DNA from: Bdellovibrionales bacterium
GTDB taxonomy: Bacteria; Bdellovibrionota; Bdellovibrionia; Bdellovibrionales; JAGQZY01
Assembly (NCBI GenBank): GCA_964230645.1
Contig: CAXRHT010000002.1
Span: 448,001-512,000 of the forward strand
Reading direction: 5' to 3'
DNA length: 64,000 bases
This document shows positions 1 through 10,752 of this stretch, piece by piece. How positions within the stretch are numbered: position 1 is the first letter of the stretch; every line of letters starts with the position of its first letter. The position numbers and the translations under genes were made by a program. Under the pieces are notes generated by a model that was not told the origin of the DNA, ran no database searches, and was given only the letters and a program-made list of their open reading frames with translations.

Positions 1-289
1 TTGGCGATAGACCTTTGGTGGTGCGAACCTTTATAAAACCGGTCGAGGCTTCACCGATCACACCCTTTGCTTTTAAAGAATCTAAAGCATTCTTTCTTCT
101 GGCTTGCCTGGAGTGAATTTTTTTGACCATTTTTGAGTCTAAAAAGGTGGTTGGCACTTTAACATTGGATGGCTTGGGCGCTGAAACCTCTTTTTTCCTC
201 GATTCTTTGGTATCCACTGTCACAGTCTTTTGGCTGCAGGAGGATAGGAATAAAAAACTAGAAACAATATATATTAGGGTCGTTTTCAT
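1..289 (-). CDS. YdbL/DUF1318-like lipoprotein (runs off window start)
   Basis: Not in the ORF track; hand-translated from ATG at 289 as MKTTLIYIVSSFLFLSSC (lipobox) ... LKAKGVIGEASTGFIK, which resembles the DUF1318 'GxxGExxxGy' motif. The frame is open to base 1. Confidence 0.65.
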   Translation of the reverse strand, partial: MKTTLIYIVSSFLFLSSCSQKTVTVDTKESRKKEVSAPKPSNVKVPTTFLDSKMVKKIHSRQARRKNALDSLKAKGVIGEASTGFIKVRTTKGLSP

Positions 290-498
290 GATAAAAACAG
301 ATTATCAATCTTGGATATTGCCTGTCACCGCATAAAGACCATGGTCTGGGGTAAAAAAATAAAATCTGTTTTCTTAAAGGCTTTTTCTCCTAATTTCCAG
401 ACTTAAACCCCAGGTCCTTGATCGAGAAGAGGTCCTAACAAATCAAAAACATTCATATAATTCTATAAGTGACCGAAAGGGTCTTTAGGAAACCTTTT

Positions 499-2178
499 AT
501 GAAAAGAAGTTTAGTTAGCTTAATTTCAATTATTATACTAGGAGTGCTACTCCCAAGGCTTTCCTATGCCGAAAACGTGCACTTTGGAACTATTTTTGTT
601 GAAGAAAAAGAGTACGACACCGCCGAAGACAATCAGAACATTAACTACTTGACGGATAGCTCTAAGGAACAAGAACAATTAGAGACTCTTTATAAGACAG
701 AGATTGGTAAGCCCAATTCTAAGCTTAAAAAAATGGATCTGAGTCGCTCACCGGCTTCAAGTAAAACAAAAAACAAAAAGAAAGTGGGAGTGATTAAAAA
801 CTCTGAGCTTCCTCAAAAAATCATCTACTTTTTGGAACTGCGTTCTTTTCCCGGAAATGACTCCATAAGCATTCACGATCAAGCTTCTAAAACCTCTAAA
901 ACATTGATGCAACTTGAGCCAGGAGAAATGGTAAAGGTTGTGGATTCCCCGAGCCGCTATATTCATAAGTTAAGACAGGATCGTGAATCCGAAGGGCTTT
1001 GGAAGAATATCTACACTAGAGAGCAGGACCCGCAAAGCCCCCACCTCTATTACGACTGGAGAAACTTTGAAACAATAACCAGTCATGAATTCCCTATTGA
1101 ACTCGACATCCTCGTTCCCTATGGTCAAAACTCAGTGCCTGTATACTCAAAACCAGGGGCTTGGACGAGAAAAGACTGTGGTCTTACTCCTAATCTCTGC
1201 ACCGATTCTATCGACCTTCACACCCAGGCCTATTTATTTGATGCCACGATAATTGATGTTAGCTTGTCAAAAAAGCTCAGCCAATCCTACCGCCTGTTTT
1301 ACAAGATTGGTTACAAAATTAAAGACAAAGACGGCAAGACTCAACACCACGTCGGTTGGATCCCGTCGAATCACGCCAAGAGAAAAATCTCACAACTTCC
1401 TAAATCATTGATCGCCACTCGCTCTCCTGATAGCGCTTTTGGTGGAACTTATGAGAGTGATGAAGAAAGACGCCAGAGGCTTAACAAATATTATGTTTTT
1501 AAAGCCAATATGGACTCTGAAAACAAACTTTTGAGTCGCTGGATTGATTCGGCCCCAGGAAATAGTACCGAAGTTTTCTTTCAAAATATCGCTATTGACG
1601 GAATCGCTCATTTCAACAACTTTGTTCTTGAACAGAGCTTTCTTGACGGACAACGCTTTACCCAACAAGGTCTCGCTCTTGGAGTGGGCATTTACGCTCC
1701 GATCTTTATTGATCTTGAGATCCAAGGTTCGGCCGAGTACACCATCCCAGTCAGTGCCAATGAGGACAATACTTTTGAAAAGTCCCCTCTTTTTAAAGCC
1801 GAACAATGGCTTCTTTACACAAGCCCTATCTCTGTGAGTGGAGTTCCTTTTAAATTTGGAGTGGGTGCTTACTATCTCTCCATGTTTGCCTCCAATAGAG
1901 ATTTCGGGTTCAACTCTCTTCTCGGTTTTCAGCTAAAAGGTCTTTTTGAAAATGAAAGTTTCTGGAGTGGATTTCGCTACGGTCCCACGGGACAAGACCT
2001 TAACTTCAAGCTTGAAAATAGAGAGATTGGTATTGATATTGGTGTTCGGCTAAATCCCAACCGAAAATTTGAGAGTTGGTCCATTTTTGCAGATTACTCG
2101 GACACCTCGTTTATTTCTCCTGCTAAAAACAAAACCAAGTTTCAAATATTCTCTCTTGGACTCAGAAAACAATTCTAA
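499..2178 (+). CDS. secreted hypothetical protein, SH3-like middle region and probable C-terminal outer-membrane beta-barrel
   Basis: Long ORF; ATG 499 follows AGGA; signal peptide; 'GWIPS' SH3b-like motif; alternating amphipathic strands and terminal Phe (LGLRKQF). Confidence 0.6.
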   Translation: MKRSLVSLISIIILGVLLPRLSYAENVHFGTIFVEEKEYDTAEDNQNINYLTDSSKEQEQLETLYKTEIGKPNSKLKKMDLSRSPASSKTKNKKKVGVIKNSELPQKIIYFLELRSFPGNDSISIHDQASKTSKTLMQLEPGEMVKVVDSPSRYIHKLRQDRESEGLWKNIYTREQDPQSPHLYYDWRNFETITSHEFPIELDILVPYGQNSVPVYSKPGAWTRKDCGLTPNLCTDSIDLHTQAYLFDATIIDVSLSKKLSQSYRLFYKIGYKIKDKDGKTQHHVGWIPSNHAKRKISQLPKSLIATRSPDSAFGGTYESDEERRQRLNKYYVFKANMDSENKLLSRWIDSAPGNSTEVFFQNIAIDGIAHFNNFVLEQSFLDGQRFTQQGLALGVGIYAPIFIDLEIQGSAEYTIPVSANEDNTFEKSPLFKAEQWLLYTSPISVSGVPFKFGVGAYYLSMFASNRDFGFNSLLGFQLKGLFENESFWSGFRYGPTGQDLNFKLENREIGIDIGVRLNPNRKFESWSIFADYSDTSFISPAKNKTKFQIFSLGLRKQF

Positions 2179-2182
2179 TTAC

Positions 2183-3802
2183 TTATAGTGTCTTTAAAAC
2201 CTGCGCATGCTTTTGAATCATCGCGTCTCCTGGGTTGAGACTTAGTGCCTGATTCATCAAAGACTGAGCCTCTCTGTCTTTGCCCTGACGTTTCAAAACA
2301 AGGGCTTTTAAACTCAGTCCTCGGGGGTGCTGAGATTGCCGAGTTAAAACAAAATCCACATGCTTAAGACTTTTATCGACTTGGCCGTGGTTAAAGTACA
2401 TCAAAGCCAAGGAGTAGTTCACACTTAGGTTCTCAGGGTTATTTTGATAGCCTTTTTCTGCATGCTGCACGGCTTGATCCAGTTGATTGCTATCAAGATA
2501 GGCGTGGGCTAACTGCATATGGCCTGTGACAGTGCGAGGATTACTCTCAACGATATCGCTCCACAGTGTGAAGCTTGTCTGCCAAATTTGCACTCGATCA
2601 TTGAACATAAAAATATAGTATCCACCCAGAGCCACCAAAGCGAAACTTAAAAGGGCTCTTTTTGCCATTGACCCGTTTTGTAGCCAAACTCGAACAATAG
2701 AAGCGTAGGCTATAAAAAGTCCCACCCCGGCTAAGTACAAATAGCGATCGGCATATATCAAGGAACCCCTGAGAGGCACAATATTTAATATAGGTAAAAC
2801 CATAAGGATAAAAAAACCAACCCCAAGAACAATCTCTTTTTTAGAATGTTTCTTTTCTCCCGAACAATAGGCCAACACACAAAGCACAGTAAGGCCTAAG
2901 AGATAAAGGAGTAGAGGCTTTTCAAAAGAGATTTCCTCATAATAAGGACTCATATTGTAAGGAAAAACAGAACGAGAAATGTAAAACAAAAGAGACTCTA
3001 CGCCAAGATAGAGCCTATAAAATGGATTAAAGGACGTTGTGGCCTGCTCTCCACTAACCTCGTGCCCTACAACATGGATTAACACAAAAACAATCCCTAT
3101 GAGCAGATGAGGTATTTTTTCAATTAGAAGCTTTTTAGTAAAAGTGCGCTCCTGGTAATAATCAAAGAGCAATAGGATGAAAGCTGTGGTGACACCGGAG
3201 GCCTTGGCAAAAAGAGAAAGAAGTAAAAAAACAAGACTCCCTCCATAATAAAGAGCGGCCTTCTTTGGGCTAACAGACTCTTTTTGGCGAAGCAAATAGC
3301 AAATGTACACAAGAAGCAGAAAAAAAGTCGAAAGCACGTCCTTTCTTTCAGATATCCACACCACTGACTCCGGCTGTGTGGGGAATATTGCAAACAGAAA
3401 AGCTCCGACTCCTGATAAATAATAGTTTCTTCTAGTCAGAAGACTGATAAAAAAGAAGACCAGTAAAATATTAATAAGATGGAGAAGGCTGTTATCAAGG
3501 TGATACCAAAAAGCATCCATTTTAAAAAATGAATATTCGATCGCGTAGGTTAAGAAAGTCAGAGGCAAGTAGTCTTTGTAGACAAATTCGCTAAACATTC
3601 GATTCACATCGAAAGTCTTTACGATGTCGTTATTCACCAAGAGCTGTGGGTCGTCAAAATTTGTAAAACCGTAACTTAAACTCTGGTAAAGAAGCCCTGC
3701 AGCCAGCAGGGCACCGATGAAAGGTAGGATAAGAAAATAAGGATGCCTCTGGGGAATCGAAAAATTAGGTCTTGGCTTTTTGTTCTTTTTTTTATTCTTC
3801 AC
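2183..3802 (-). CDS. TMTC-like GT-C membrane glycosyltransferase with C-terminal TPRs
   Basis: FDD luminal motif, YLPLT, ESVVWISERKD, ADRYLY, about 11 hydrophobic segments, TPR-like C-terminus. Confidence 0.8.
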   Translation of the reverse strand: MKNKKKNKKPRPNFSIPQRHPYFLILPFIGALLAAGLLYQSLSYGFTNFDDPQLLVNNDIVKTFDVNRMFSEFVYKDYLPLTFLTYAIEYSFFKMDAFWYHLDNSLLHLINILLVFFFISLLTRRNYYLSGVGAFLFAIFPTQPESVVWISERKDVLSTFFLLLVYICYLLRQKESVSPKKAALYYGGSLVFLLLSLFAKASGVTTAFILLLFDYYQERTFTKKLLIEKIPHLLIGIVFVLIHVVGHEVSGEQATTSFNPFYRLYLGVESLLFYISRSVFPYNMSPYYEEISFEKPLLLYLLGLTVLCVLAYCSGEKKHSKKEIVLGVGFFILMVLPILNIVPLRGSLIYADRYLYLAGVGLFIAYASIVRVWLQNGSMAKRALLSFALVALGGYYIFMFNDRVQIWQTSFTLWSDIVESNPRTVTGHMQLAHAYLDSNQLDQAVQHAEKGYQNNPENLSVNYSLALMYFNHGQVDKSLKHVDFVLTRQSQHPRGLSLKALVLKRQGKDREAQSLMNQALSLNPGDAMIQKHAQVLKTL

Positions 3803-3820
3803 AAGGCTTGAGCCAAGATC

Positions 3821-5239
3821 CTAAGAGAGACCAAAAAAAGCTTTAATTCGAGAAAAGAAACCTTTCTTCTCTCCTTCTGCCCCACCCGATTGGGTGAGGT
3901 TTTTTAGTCTATCCGTGAGCAGTCTCATATCCGTGGGAGTGGGAAGGACCTGTCCTTGAAACACCATGAGTGGGGCTGAGGTGATTCCCATTTTTTTTGC
4001 ATAGGCCAAATGGGTGTCGACCTTTTGTTGAAACTGCCTTTTCAAAAAACAAGCTCGAAATTTATCAAAATCAACACTGGTTGCTTTAACAGCCGAGTTG
4101 ATTTTATTCTCATCAACCTCCCCTCCTTGGTCTGCCATACTTGCTAAAAAAGACCAAAAGGAGTCGCTACTTAAAGATTCCACGCAAAACCCCGCTTCGG
4201 CTCCCATGCGAGACAGACGATCACTCTCTGGGAAAGAGTAAACAAACGAACCGTGCACTTCGTCTTTCCACTTTTCTTTACTCTGTAAAAAAGACTGTAA
4301 AGTTTCAGGACAATCCTCGCAGCTCCAATGACCAATAAACATTAAGTTTGGATTCTTTTTGTCCCCCCACTGTGGGACGGAGTCTCCCAAATTTCCGGCC
4401 TGAATTTTTAATTCTGGGGCGGGGAACCCTATGAGTATAGGATCTTGTTGCAGATTTTTAGCCACATAGGCTTCCATCTTTTGGTCGCGACTATTTTGAT
4501 TAACTATGGCACCGAGCCTTTTAATCATTTGTTCGTCAAGGTCTGACTCGGAAATTCCTTTTTCTTTGGCAAAAGCTCGAATCTCTTCCTCACCGGCTTC
4601 ACCCTCTGAATTCAGAATATTTTTTTGAATATACTCTTCCATTCCAAGTTTTTCTTTTTTCGAGGCCTTTAAAATATATCGTCGAATGGCCATGCCGTTA
4701 AGACGACGCATCTGCTGGGAGAAAAGTTTTTCATAGGTTTTGGAATGGTTGATATTGGCTTTGAAAAAATCACTCCACTGAAGTGTTTTATTAGCAAACT
4801 CTGCTAACTTGTCATAATCAGTGGCTTCTTTATAGCTCACTTCAATCCCTTCAGACATGCTAACATTCTGTTTACCTAAGACATCTTCAAGCTCTTTTTG
4901 AACAGGTGGACCAAAAAAGTTTAAAGTGGATTTTTTCTCCTCCTCTTCGGTTTGGAGATGCTGGGCCCAAGCGTAGGAAAAAGCGAGAGCCTGTTCATTG
5001 AGGCGTTCATTTAGCTCTTTTAAAGCAGGGTCTGATCCTCTTAACTGCTCCCAGCTCAACTTTTCACCATCCACTTGGGCTGCGACCTTCATATCCTTGA
5101 AGTCTTTTTTGGCATAATCCAGCTGGCTATCGAAGTTAATCTTTGACTGATCGGCTTGCACCCGAGCGCTGTCTCTTTTTTCTGAAGTACAGGATGAGAT
5201 TAAAATTTGAACTAAACAGAGAATAAAAATTCGCTTCAT
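3821..5239 (-). CDS. lipoprotein with C-terminal DsbA/thioredoxin-fold domain
   Basis: Lipobox ISSC; CEDC motif; 'GITSAP' cis-Pro loop; SurA-N-like 'AAQVDGEKL' segment. Confidence 0.7.
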   Translation of the reverse strand: MKRIFILCLVQILISSCTSEKRDSARVQADQSKINFDSQLDYAKKDFKDMKVAAQVDGEKLSWEQLRGSDPALKELNERLNEQALAFSYAWAQHLQTEEEEKKSTLNFFGPPVQKELEDVLGKQNVSMSEGIEVSYKEATDYDKLAEFANKTLQWSDFFKANINHSKTYEKLFSQQMRRLNGMAIRRYILKASKKEKLGMEEYIQKNILNSEGEAGEEEIRAFAKEKGISESDLDEQMIKRLGAIVNQNSRDQKMEAYVAKNLQQDPILIGFPAPELKIQAGNLGDSVPQWGDKKNPNLMFIGHWSCEDCPETLQSFLQSKEKWKDEVHGSFVYSFPESDRLSRMGAEAGFCVESLSSDSFWSFLASMADQGGEVDENKINSAVKATSVDFDKFRACFLKRQFQQKVDTHLAYAKKMGITSAPLMVFQGQVLPTPTDMRLLTDRLKNLTQSGGAEGEKKGFFSRIKAFFGLS

Positions 5240-5401
5240 GGATTCCCCCTATAACCCCATTATTGTATGGAGGAACGCCAATGGATACAACGGATTATCT
5301 TGCAAAACGTCACAATCCATAGAACTCAAGATTTCTTAAGAAAGCCCCTAGGTTCAGGACAAAACTTGCAGCCAAGCCTGCTTTTTGGATATAATAAGTA
5401 A

Positions 5402-5884
5402 ATGAGAACTTTAGCTCTACTAATGGCGAGTTTTGCTTTTCTAACCGCCTGCTCCACCACTTCTGATCCCCCAGAGTCTCTGGATTACTCGCGCACTTTT
5501 CGTGTCCCCTATGAAACCCTATGGAGAGCAACCCAGCAGGCCCTGCTTAACTACCCCATGAATATAAATAACATGGACACAGGTCATCTTCAGACTCTTT
5601 ACATTACTGGGAAACATCGTTTCCAGCCTCCTCATAGAAAGGAGGAAACCTTACCCAGCGGATACCAATATCGCCTCAATGTTAATATTATAAAAGGAGA
5701 GAAAGCTTCCAGGTTAGTTATCCTAAAGGAAGTGCGTCTGCAAAAAGATTTCTTTTCTGATCCTGAGGAGTTGGTCAGCGATGGCTTTGAGGAGAAAGCT
5801 CTTATTTACCGAATAAAAAGAGAAATCATCATCGAAAAGATCCTAAAAAAACAGATGGATAAAAAACAAACTCCGAAAACCTAA
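5402..5884 (+). CDS. hypothetical lipoprotein (BamC/DUF3568-like)
   Basis: Lipobox LTAC; 'SRTFRVPYETLWRATQQAL' pattern. Confidence 0.65.
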   Translation: MRTLALLMASFAFLTACSTTSDPPESLDYSRTFRVPYETLWRATQQALLNYPMNINNMDTGHLQTLYITGKHRFQPPHRKEETLPSGYQYRLNVNIIKGEKASRLVILKEVRLQKDFFSDPEELVSDGFEEKALIYRIKREIIIEKILKKQMDKKQTPKT

Positions 5885-5892
5885 AATTCTGT

Positions 5893-6600
5893 TTATAAGC
5901 TTTTTTTAGGACTCGGATACTGACTTCTCCAATAGGAAACCTTGTTTTGATCTTTCATGGTGTCCGGCGAGAGATTTTGCAGAGCCTGAGTTGCGATCAT
6001 CTGCATCTCCCGATCTTTTTCATGGAGAAGTCGAATCCAACGACCTCGATCCTGTTTTTTAAGATTTTCCAAAAGAACTTTAGCCATTTCGGCTCGAAGC
6101 CAAAGGTTACGATCTTCGTGCCTCTTCCCCTCTTCAAGGACTTTATCCCAAAAAAGACGACTCACCTGAGCATCCTTGGATGTTTTCAAAATCTCAAAAG
6201 CCTTAACCCGCACCATAAGGGCCGGATCCTTTTTCATGATTTGATAAGCCCACTTATGAGCCAATCTTTTATTAACATCCTCAAGAGCCGTCAGCCCTGC
6301 ACTTCTCATATACCAAGTGGAATGGTTGAGAGCGCTAGTGATGAGTGGCAAAGCCTCTCCTTTTCTCGCCTCAACATAGACCATAAAACTTTTCCAGCGG
6401 GTGTTCATGGGAAGACTTTTATCAAAAGCCGCTTCTTTTAACTTATCTAAAGTTTTGTTACCTTGAGCCTTGGCCTGATCAGCCGCCACAAAACGAGTAT
6501 TTCGTAAAAGCTTTGCCACTTCAAAATCAAGGTTGTCTTTTTTATGAGGCGCTGCACTTATGAACGTTAAACTGAGAAATGTCACAATCCAAGTCATCAT
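5893..6600 (-). CDS. HEAT-repeat secreted protein
   Basis: Repeated 'WYMRSAGLTAL', 'LMVRVKAFEIL', 'REMQMIATQAL' HEAT-like motifs; overlaps the stop of the upstream gene (ATGA). Confidence 0.7.
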   Translation of the reverse strand: MMTWIVTFLSLTFISAAPHKKDNLDFEVAKLLRNTRFVAADQAKAQGNKTLDKLKEAAFDKSLPMNTRWKSFMVYVEARKGEALPLITSALNHSTWYMRSAGLTALEDVNKRLAHKWAYQIMKKDPALMVRVKAFEILKTSKDAQVSRLFWDKVLEEGKRHEDRNLWLRAEMAKVLLENLKKQDRGRWIRLLHEKDREMQMIATQALQNLSPDTMKDQNKVSYWRSQYPSPKKSL

Positions 6601-7622
6601 GATCGGGATCCTTTTTTCAGAGATTTTAATTCCGTTATGAAGACCTCGGCCTCCTCTTTGGAATCGGGGTCCACATTACGAAGTTTAGGATGAATCTTAA
6701 TTTCGTTTTTGAGATCTTCATTGCCCATTGAAGAGCTTTCTTTACTGGTCTCGGTATCTTTCATGGTAACCGTACCAGCACCTTCTTCTTTAGGCCCCTG
6801 TACACCAGAATCTCCGGACTCTGAATCTCGCATTTGTACGGAGCCTGAGTCCCCCTCTTCATCGAGTTCTACTTGATTGTTCACAACCTTTTCAAACTCT
6901 GCCACTAAGTCTGCGGGCTGAACTTTCTTAGGCGGGGGCTCTTCATCTTCTTCGGGCTGAGCCTCTGCTTCCGGCTCAGCGGACTCTACTTCAGGTTCAG
7001 ATTGTTCAACCTCTTGGCTATCCTCTTCTTGAGGCTCTTCGGGCGCGACTTCATTTACTTCCTGTTCTTTCTCGCCCTCTACAACACTCTGCTCACCACC
7101 GGCGAGGGCTTTGAGCCTTTCAAGCTCCTCTTTTAGTTTTTCATTTTCCGTTTTATACAAAGACAAATCGGCAATATCGTCCTCGATAATTTCATATTCC
7201 ATGAGGCGCTCTTCGAGCTCACTGATTTTTGCTAAAAGATCCGAGTTGTCGTTCACTCCCGCTGCTGCGGCGGCGGACATTTCTCCTCCACCGGAGTCGC
7301 CTCCCGACCCCGAGGACTGAGTCAGTTGTTTATTGAGTTCAGCTATTTTCCGGTCTTTTTCAAGAACCTCTTTTTCTAACTCATCGACTTTTTCAGAACC
7401 AGGAGCCGATGAAGCTTTATCAGGACTCCAATTCTTCTCTCCAAGTACGCGCCGGAGAGCACCTTCAATGTTCTCACTGCCCTCTATCTCACTACGAACA
7501 ATATTACTTGGTCCTTTGTTATTGAACAATAACAACATCACTACAATGATAGTGATTCCTATAACAAGAAAGCTGACCACATAGGTGTCGTGAAATACGA
7601 ACAAGGATAATATAGATTCCAT
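6597..7622 (-). CDS. membrane-anchored coiled-coil protein with acidic low-complexity tail
   Basis: N-terminal TM helix, heptad-rich middle, E/P-rich C-terminus. Confidence 0.7.
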   Translation of the reverse strand: MESILSLFVFHDTYVVSFLVIGITIIVVMLLLFNNKGPSNIVRSEIEGSENIEGALRRVLGEKNWSPDKASSAPGSEKVDELEKEVLEKDRKIAELNKQLTQSSGSGGDSGGGEMSAAAAAGVNDNSDLLAKISELEERLMEYEIIEDDIADLSLYKTENEKLKEELERLKALAGGEQSVVEGEKEQEVNEVAPEEPQEEDSQEVEQSEPEVESAEPEAEAQPEEDEEPPPKKVQPADLVAEFEKVVNNQVELDEEGDSGSVQMRDSESGDSGVQGPKEEGAGTVTMKDTETSKESSSMGNEDLKNEIKIHPKLRNVDPDSKEEAEVFITELKSLKKGSRS

Positions 7623-7737
7623 TGCCTATATTCTCACAACATCTTGATAACAAAGCAAGAAAACCCCAGTGTTTCCAGGCCCTTTTTCCCTCTCCGGGAG
7701 AGCGAAATACTGGAATCACTAGACCTTTGTCTTAAAG

Positions 7738-8175
7738 TTATTCGCAGAGAGTTTCGATAATGGTTTCTGACTTTGAAGAGGCTCCAAGTCTGGCCTTTAA
7801 TAATAAGTCCTCATCACAATAAGATTTCCACTTATCATCGAGAACCACTTCAAAAACCCCTTGGTCACATTTTGCTAAACCACGATCGACAACATTATCT
7901 TCAATATCGAGAAGTCGCCAACCTATAAGAGCGCCAGAGTTTTCACACAAGCCGTAAACGCTGAGTTCATCACGGGCAAAAGCTGAAACCTTACTCTGTT
8001 GGAAGGAGATTTCCCCTGCTCGTACCTGGTCGATCGTATCGTTCATACCATCAGGCAAGGGGCTTTCTTGGTGGACGGAATCGTCAAGAGTTTGTGTGTT
8101 GGGCGCACAGTTTTGGTACTGCATGATCGCAATTCCTAAAACAGCGTAGAAAATAAGAATTTTCTTTCGACCCAC
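7738..8175 (-). CDS. hypothetical lipoprotein
   Basis: GTG start with GAGGGG RBS; 'MQYQNC' lipobox of the type common in Bdellovibrio-like bacteria; four further Cys. Confidence 0.7.
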   Translation of the reverse strand: MGRKKILIFYAVLGIAIMQYQNCAPNTQTLDDSVHQESPLPDGMNDTIDQVRAGEISFQQSKVSAFARDELSVYGLCENSGALIGWRLLDIEDNVVDRGLAKCDQGVFEVVLDDKWKSYCDEDLLLKARLGASSKSETIIETLCE

Positions 8176-8464
8176 GACATTCCCCCTCGTAGTTGACTTC
8201 CTTTATTCTAACCCAAAATCCCTGAAAGCATTGGAATTTCAGCGATTTTCCATAATTTTTGTTTCAGCTTGATTCAAAATTCTGAGAGGAAACCTCGTTT
8301 AAGCCTTAAAGTCTTGATCTGACACATTTTCCAAGAAGTTTATAAACTTTGGTTGAGCCCTTAAGACCAAAGCGCAGTGGCGAAAGTCGCGTTTCCTTTT
8401 GCCTCGTAGGCAATCCTCTCCGCACTACCTAGAATAAAAATTAAGCAACCTTGTGGGGAGAACT

Positions 8465-9412
8465 ATGAAAAAAGGAATGATCTTTTTAGCGCTTTTGTTT
8501 TTATTCAACCTTTCCTGTCAAAAAATGGAACCCAACCAAGACAATCAATTTAAAAACTTATCGATCGATGTCATTTACGGAGTGGATGACCGTATTGATT
8601 TTTTCGACATCAACGATCCACATTGGCTTAGCCTATCTCAATCCACAGTCGCACTTTTTGATCATCGCCGTATTGATATCAATTCTTCTGACGAGGTTTT
8701 TCATATTTCAACAAGTCTTTATGGGGAGGACAACCACCTCTGCCAAGAAGAAAAGTTCTATAAACAACCCACAGGCTCGTTTTGCTCTGGTTTTCTGATC
8801 GGGCCTGATATCGTGGTGACGGCTGGGCACTGCATTCGTAACGAGTACAACTGTGAAACCGTGCGATTGGTTTTCGGCTACTCTTATAATGACTACTCCA
8901 ACGATCCGCTCATCCTCCCTACGGAAAATCTTTATCGTTGCAGTGAACTTATTCATTCGGAAGCCAATGGTGTATCGGGCTCTGACTACGCCATCATGAA
9001 ACTGGATCGACCAGTAAAAAACTTTGAGCCACTTCCGATTCGCACCACAGGACGGGTCGACTCAAAGGATGAACTGACCGTCATTGGTTACCCCTCAGGA
9101 CTCCCAGGAAAGCTTGCTCATGGTGGTATCATTCGTGAAAACGACAACGATATCTATATGGTCACCACTCTTGATACCTATGGAGGAAATTCTGGCAGTG
9201 CTGTGTTTAATCGAAACTCTCGCTTGATTGAAGGAATTCTTGTACGTGGAGACACCGACTTTGTTTACGATCCAGAGAGCCAGTGTCGTCGCTCCAATGT
9301 CTGCCAGGACACCGCGTGCCGAGGGGAAGACGTTGTACGGATCAGCCAGGTTCTTAAACATCTCACCCCGGCTGACTTGCAACCAAGCACTCGCACACTC
9401 AACGAGTTTTAA
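8465..9412 (+). CDS. trypsin-like (S1) serine protease lipoprotein
   Basis: TAGHC, DYAIMKL and GGNSGS catalytic triad motifs; lipobox NLSC; ATG 8465 after GGGGAG. Confidence 0.9.
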   Translation: MKKGMIFLALLFLFNLSCQKMEPNQDNQFKNLSIDVIYGVDDRIDFFDINDPHWLSLSQSTVALFDHRRIDINSSDEVFHISTSLYGEDNHLCQEEKFYKQPTGSFCSGFLIGPDIVVTAGHCIRNEYNCETVRLVFGYSYNDYSNDPLILPTENLYRCSELIHSEANGVSGSDYAIMKLDRPVKNFEPLPIRTTGRVDSKDELTVIGYPSGLPGKLAHGGIIRENDNDIYMVTTLDTYGGNSGSAVFNRNSRLIEGILVRGDTDFVYDPESQCRRSNVCQDTACRGEDVVRISQVLKHLTPADLQPSTRTLNEF

Positions 9413-9447
9413 TGGCTTTTTTAAATGGGTTTTGGTAGGAAGACCGT

Positions 9448-9738
9448 ATGGATAAACTCGACTACAAACCCAAAGCTCATCTTCTTATCTGCAATCGCTC
9501 TCGAGAGGGCAAAAAGTGCTGTGCCGCCAAAGGTTCCGAAGAACTTCGAGACAATCTAAAAAAATGGATTAAAAGTGAAAACCTTCACAAAGATCTTAAA
9601 GTTTCGTTCACCTCGTGCCTCGGATACTGCTCCTCGGGTATTGCCGCCTGCCTTTACCCAAAAAATCAGTGGTTTCACAATATAAGCCTCGAAGATGAAA
9701 AAGATTTGAAAAAAAAGCTCTTAAAAGCCATAAAATAA
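9448..9738 (+). CDS. thioredoxin-like [2Fe-2S] ferredoxin
   Basis: HLLIC...CC...SCLGYC pattern. Confidence 0.85.
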   Translation: MDKLDYKPKAHLLICNRSREGKKCCAAKGSEELRDNLKKWIKSENLHKDLKVSFTSCLGYCSSGIAACLYPKNQWFHNISLEDEKDLKKKLLKAIK

Positions 9739-9887
9739 ATCGTAATGTGGTCCCGGCAAGGGTTCAGAAGCCCTTTTAATTGAATCTGAGAGGCGCCTTG
9801 TGCAAAACCTGAGCATTTACATCACCAAGCCTTGCACAAGCACTCCATCTGCGGCTATAAATTAGGCCACTCACACAGCGGTATTTT

Positions 9888-10739
9888 ATGGAGAACAAGA
9901 ACACATTTGCATTACTCGGAACAAGTATCGGCCATGGCCAACCTAAAAAAGGGGTTGAGCTTTCTTATGAGCATATGGAAAAGCTTAAGTTTTGGGAGGA
10001 GCTCTTAAAAGAGCACGACTATCAAAACTTCGGAGCCCTTCCCTATGCCGATAAAGATGAGGCTTATAACAATCTCTTTCACAAGACTCTCGAGATTATA
10101 AACTCTGGTTTTCGCCCCCTTCTTTTTGGTGGGGACCACTCCCAGGCTTTTGCTTCCGTCAGCGCCCTTTTAAACAAATACCCCAATCTTCGTATCATCT
10201 GGGTGGATGCCCACGCAGACCTCAACACTCCTGAAACGAGTCCCTCCGGGAACTCTCATGGGATGCCTTTGTCAGGACTTTTTGGTTGGGTTGATAAAAA
10301 TATTTGGGGAATGCCATGGATGAATCAGCTTCTTAAACCCGATCAAGTCATTCACCTTGGTGTGCGTGATATGGATGAGGGGGAAGTGGCCTTGATGAAA
10401 AAACATGAAATCGAGTTCTACCGCCCCGAAGAAGTTCGTGAAAAAGGCCTAACAAATATTTTGGCTGATATTGCTGAGCGCTGGAAAGATGAACCCACTC
10501 ATCTTAGCTTTGATATCGATGGTTTGGATCAGAGTTTAGTCCCAGCCACAGGAACTCCCGTGGGTAAGGGGCTCAATTTGGAAGAAGGCTTAGAAATTAT
10601 CCAAGCCTCCAAAAGAGATTTTAACCTTGTTTCTTGCGAGATTGTTGAATTCAACCCTCTTTTGGCTGCTAACCCTGAAGAGCTAAAGATCACCGAACAA
10701 AATGTTCAACGCCTGATCAAAGAAGTTTTGAAAAAATAA
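9888..10739 (+). CDS. rocF: arginase
   Basis: GGDHS, DAHADLNT, SGNSHGMP and SFDIDG motifs. Confidence 0.9.
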   Translation: MENKNTFALLGTSIGHGQPKKGVELSYEHMEKLKFWEELLKEHDYQNFGALPYADKDEAYNNLFHKTLEIINSGFRPLLFGGDHSQAFASVSALLNKYPNLRIIWVDAHADLNTPETSPSGNSHGMPLSGLFGWVDKNIWGMPWMNQLLKPDQVIHLGVRDMDEGEVALMKKHEIEFYRPEEVREKGLTNILADIAERWKDEPTHLSFDIDGLDQSLVPATGTPVGKGLNLEEGLEIIQASKRDFNLVSCEIVEFNPLLAANPEELKITEQNVQRLIKEVLKK

Positions 10740-10752
10740 CTAACGCCACTCT

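Noticed and set aside
123..335. 70-aa plus-strand ORF
   Set aside because: Antisense shadow of the DUF1318-like gene on the minus strand.
8370..8395. GNRA-capped hairpin, possible riboswitch
   Set aside because: Weak stem with G.U pairs, and I could not find the other conserved c-di-GMP riboswitch elements.
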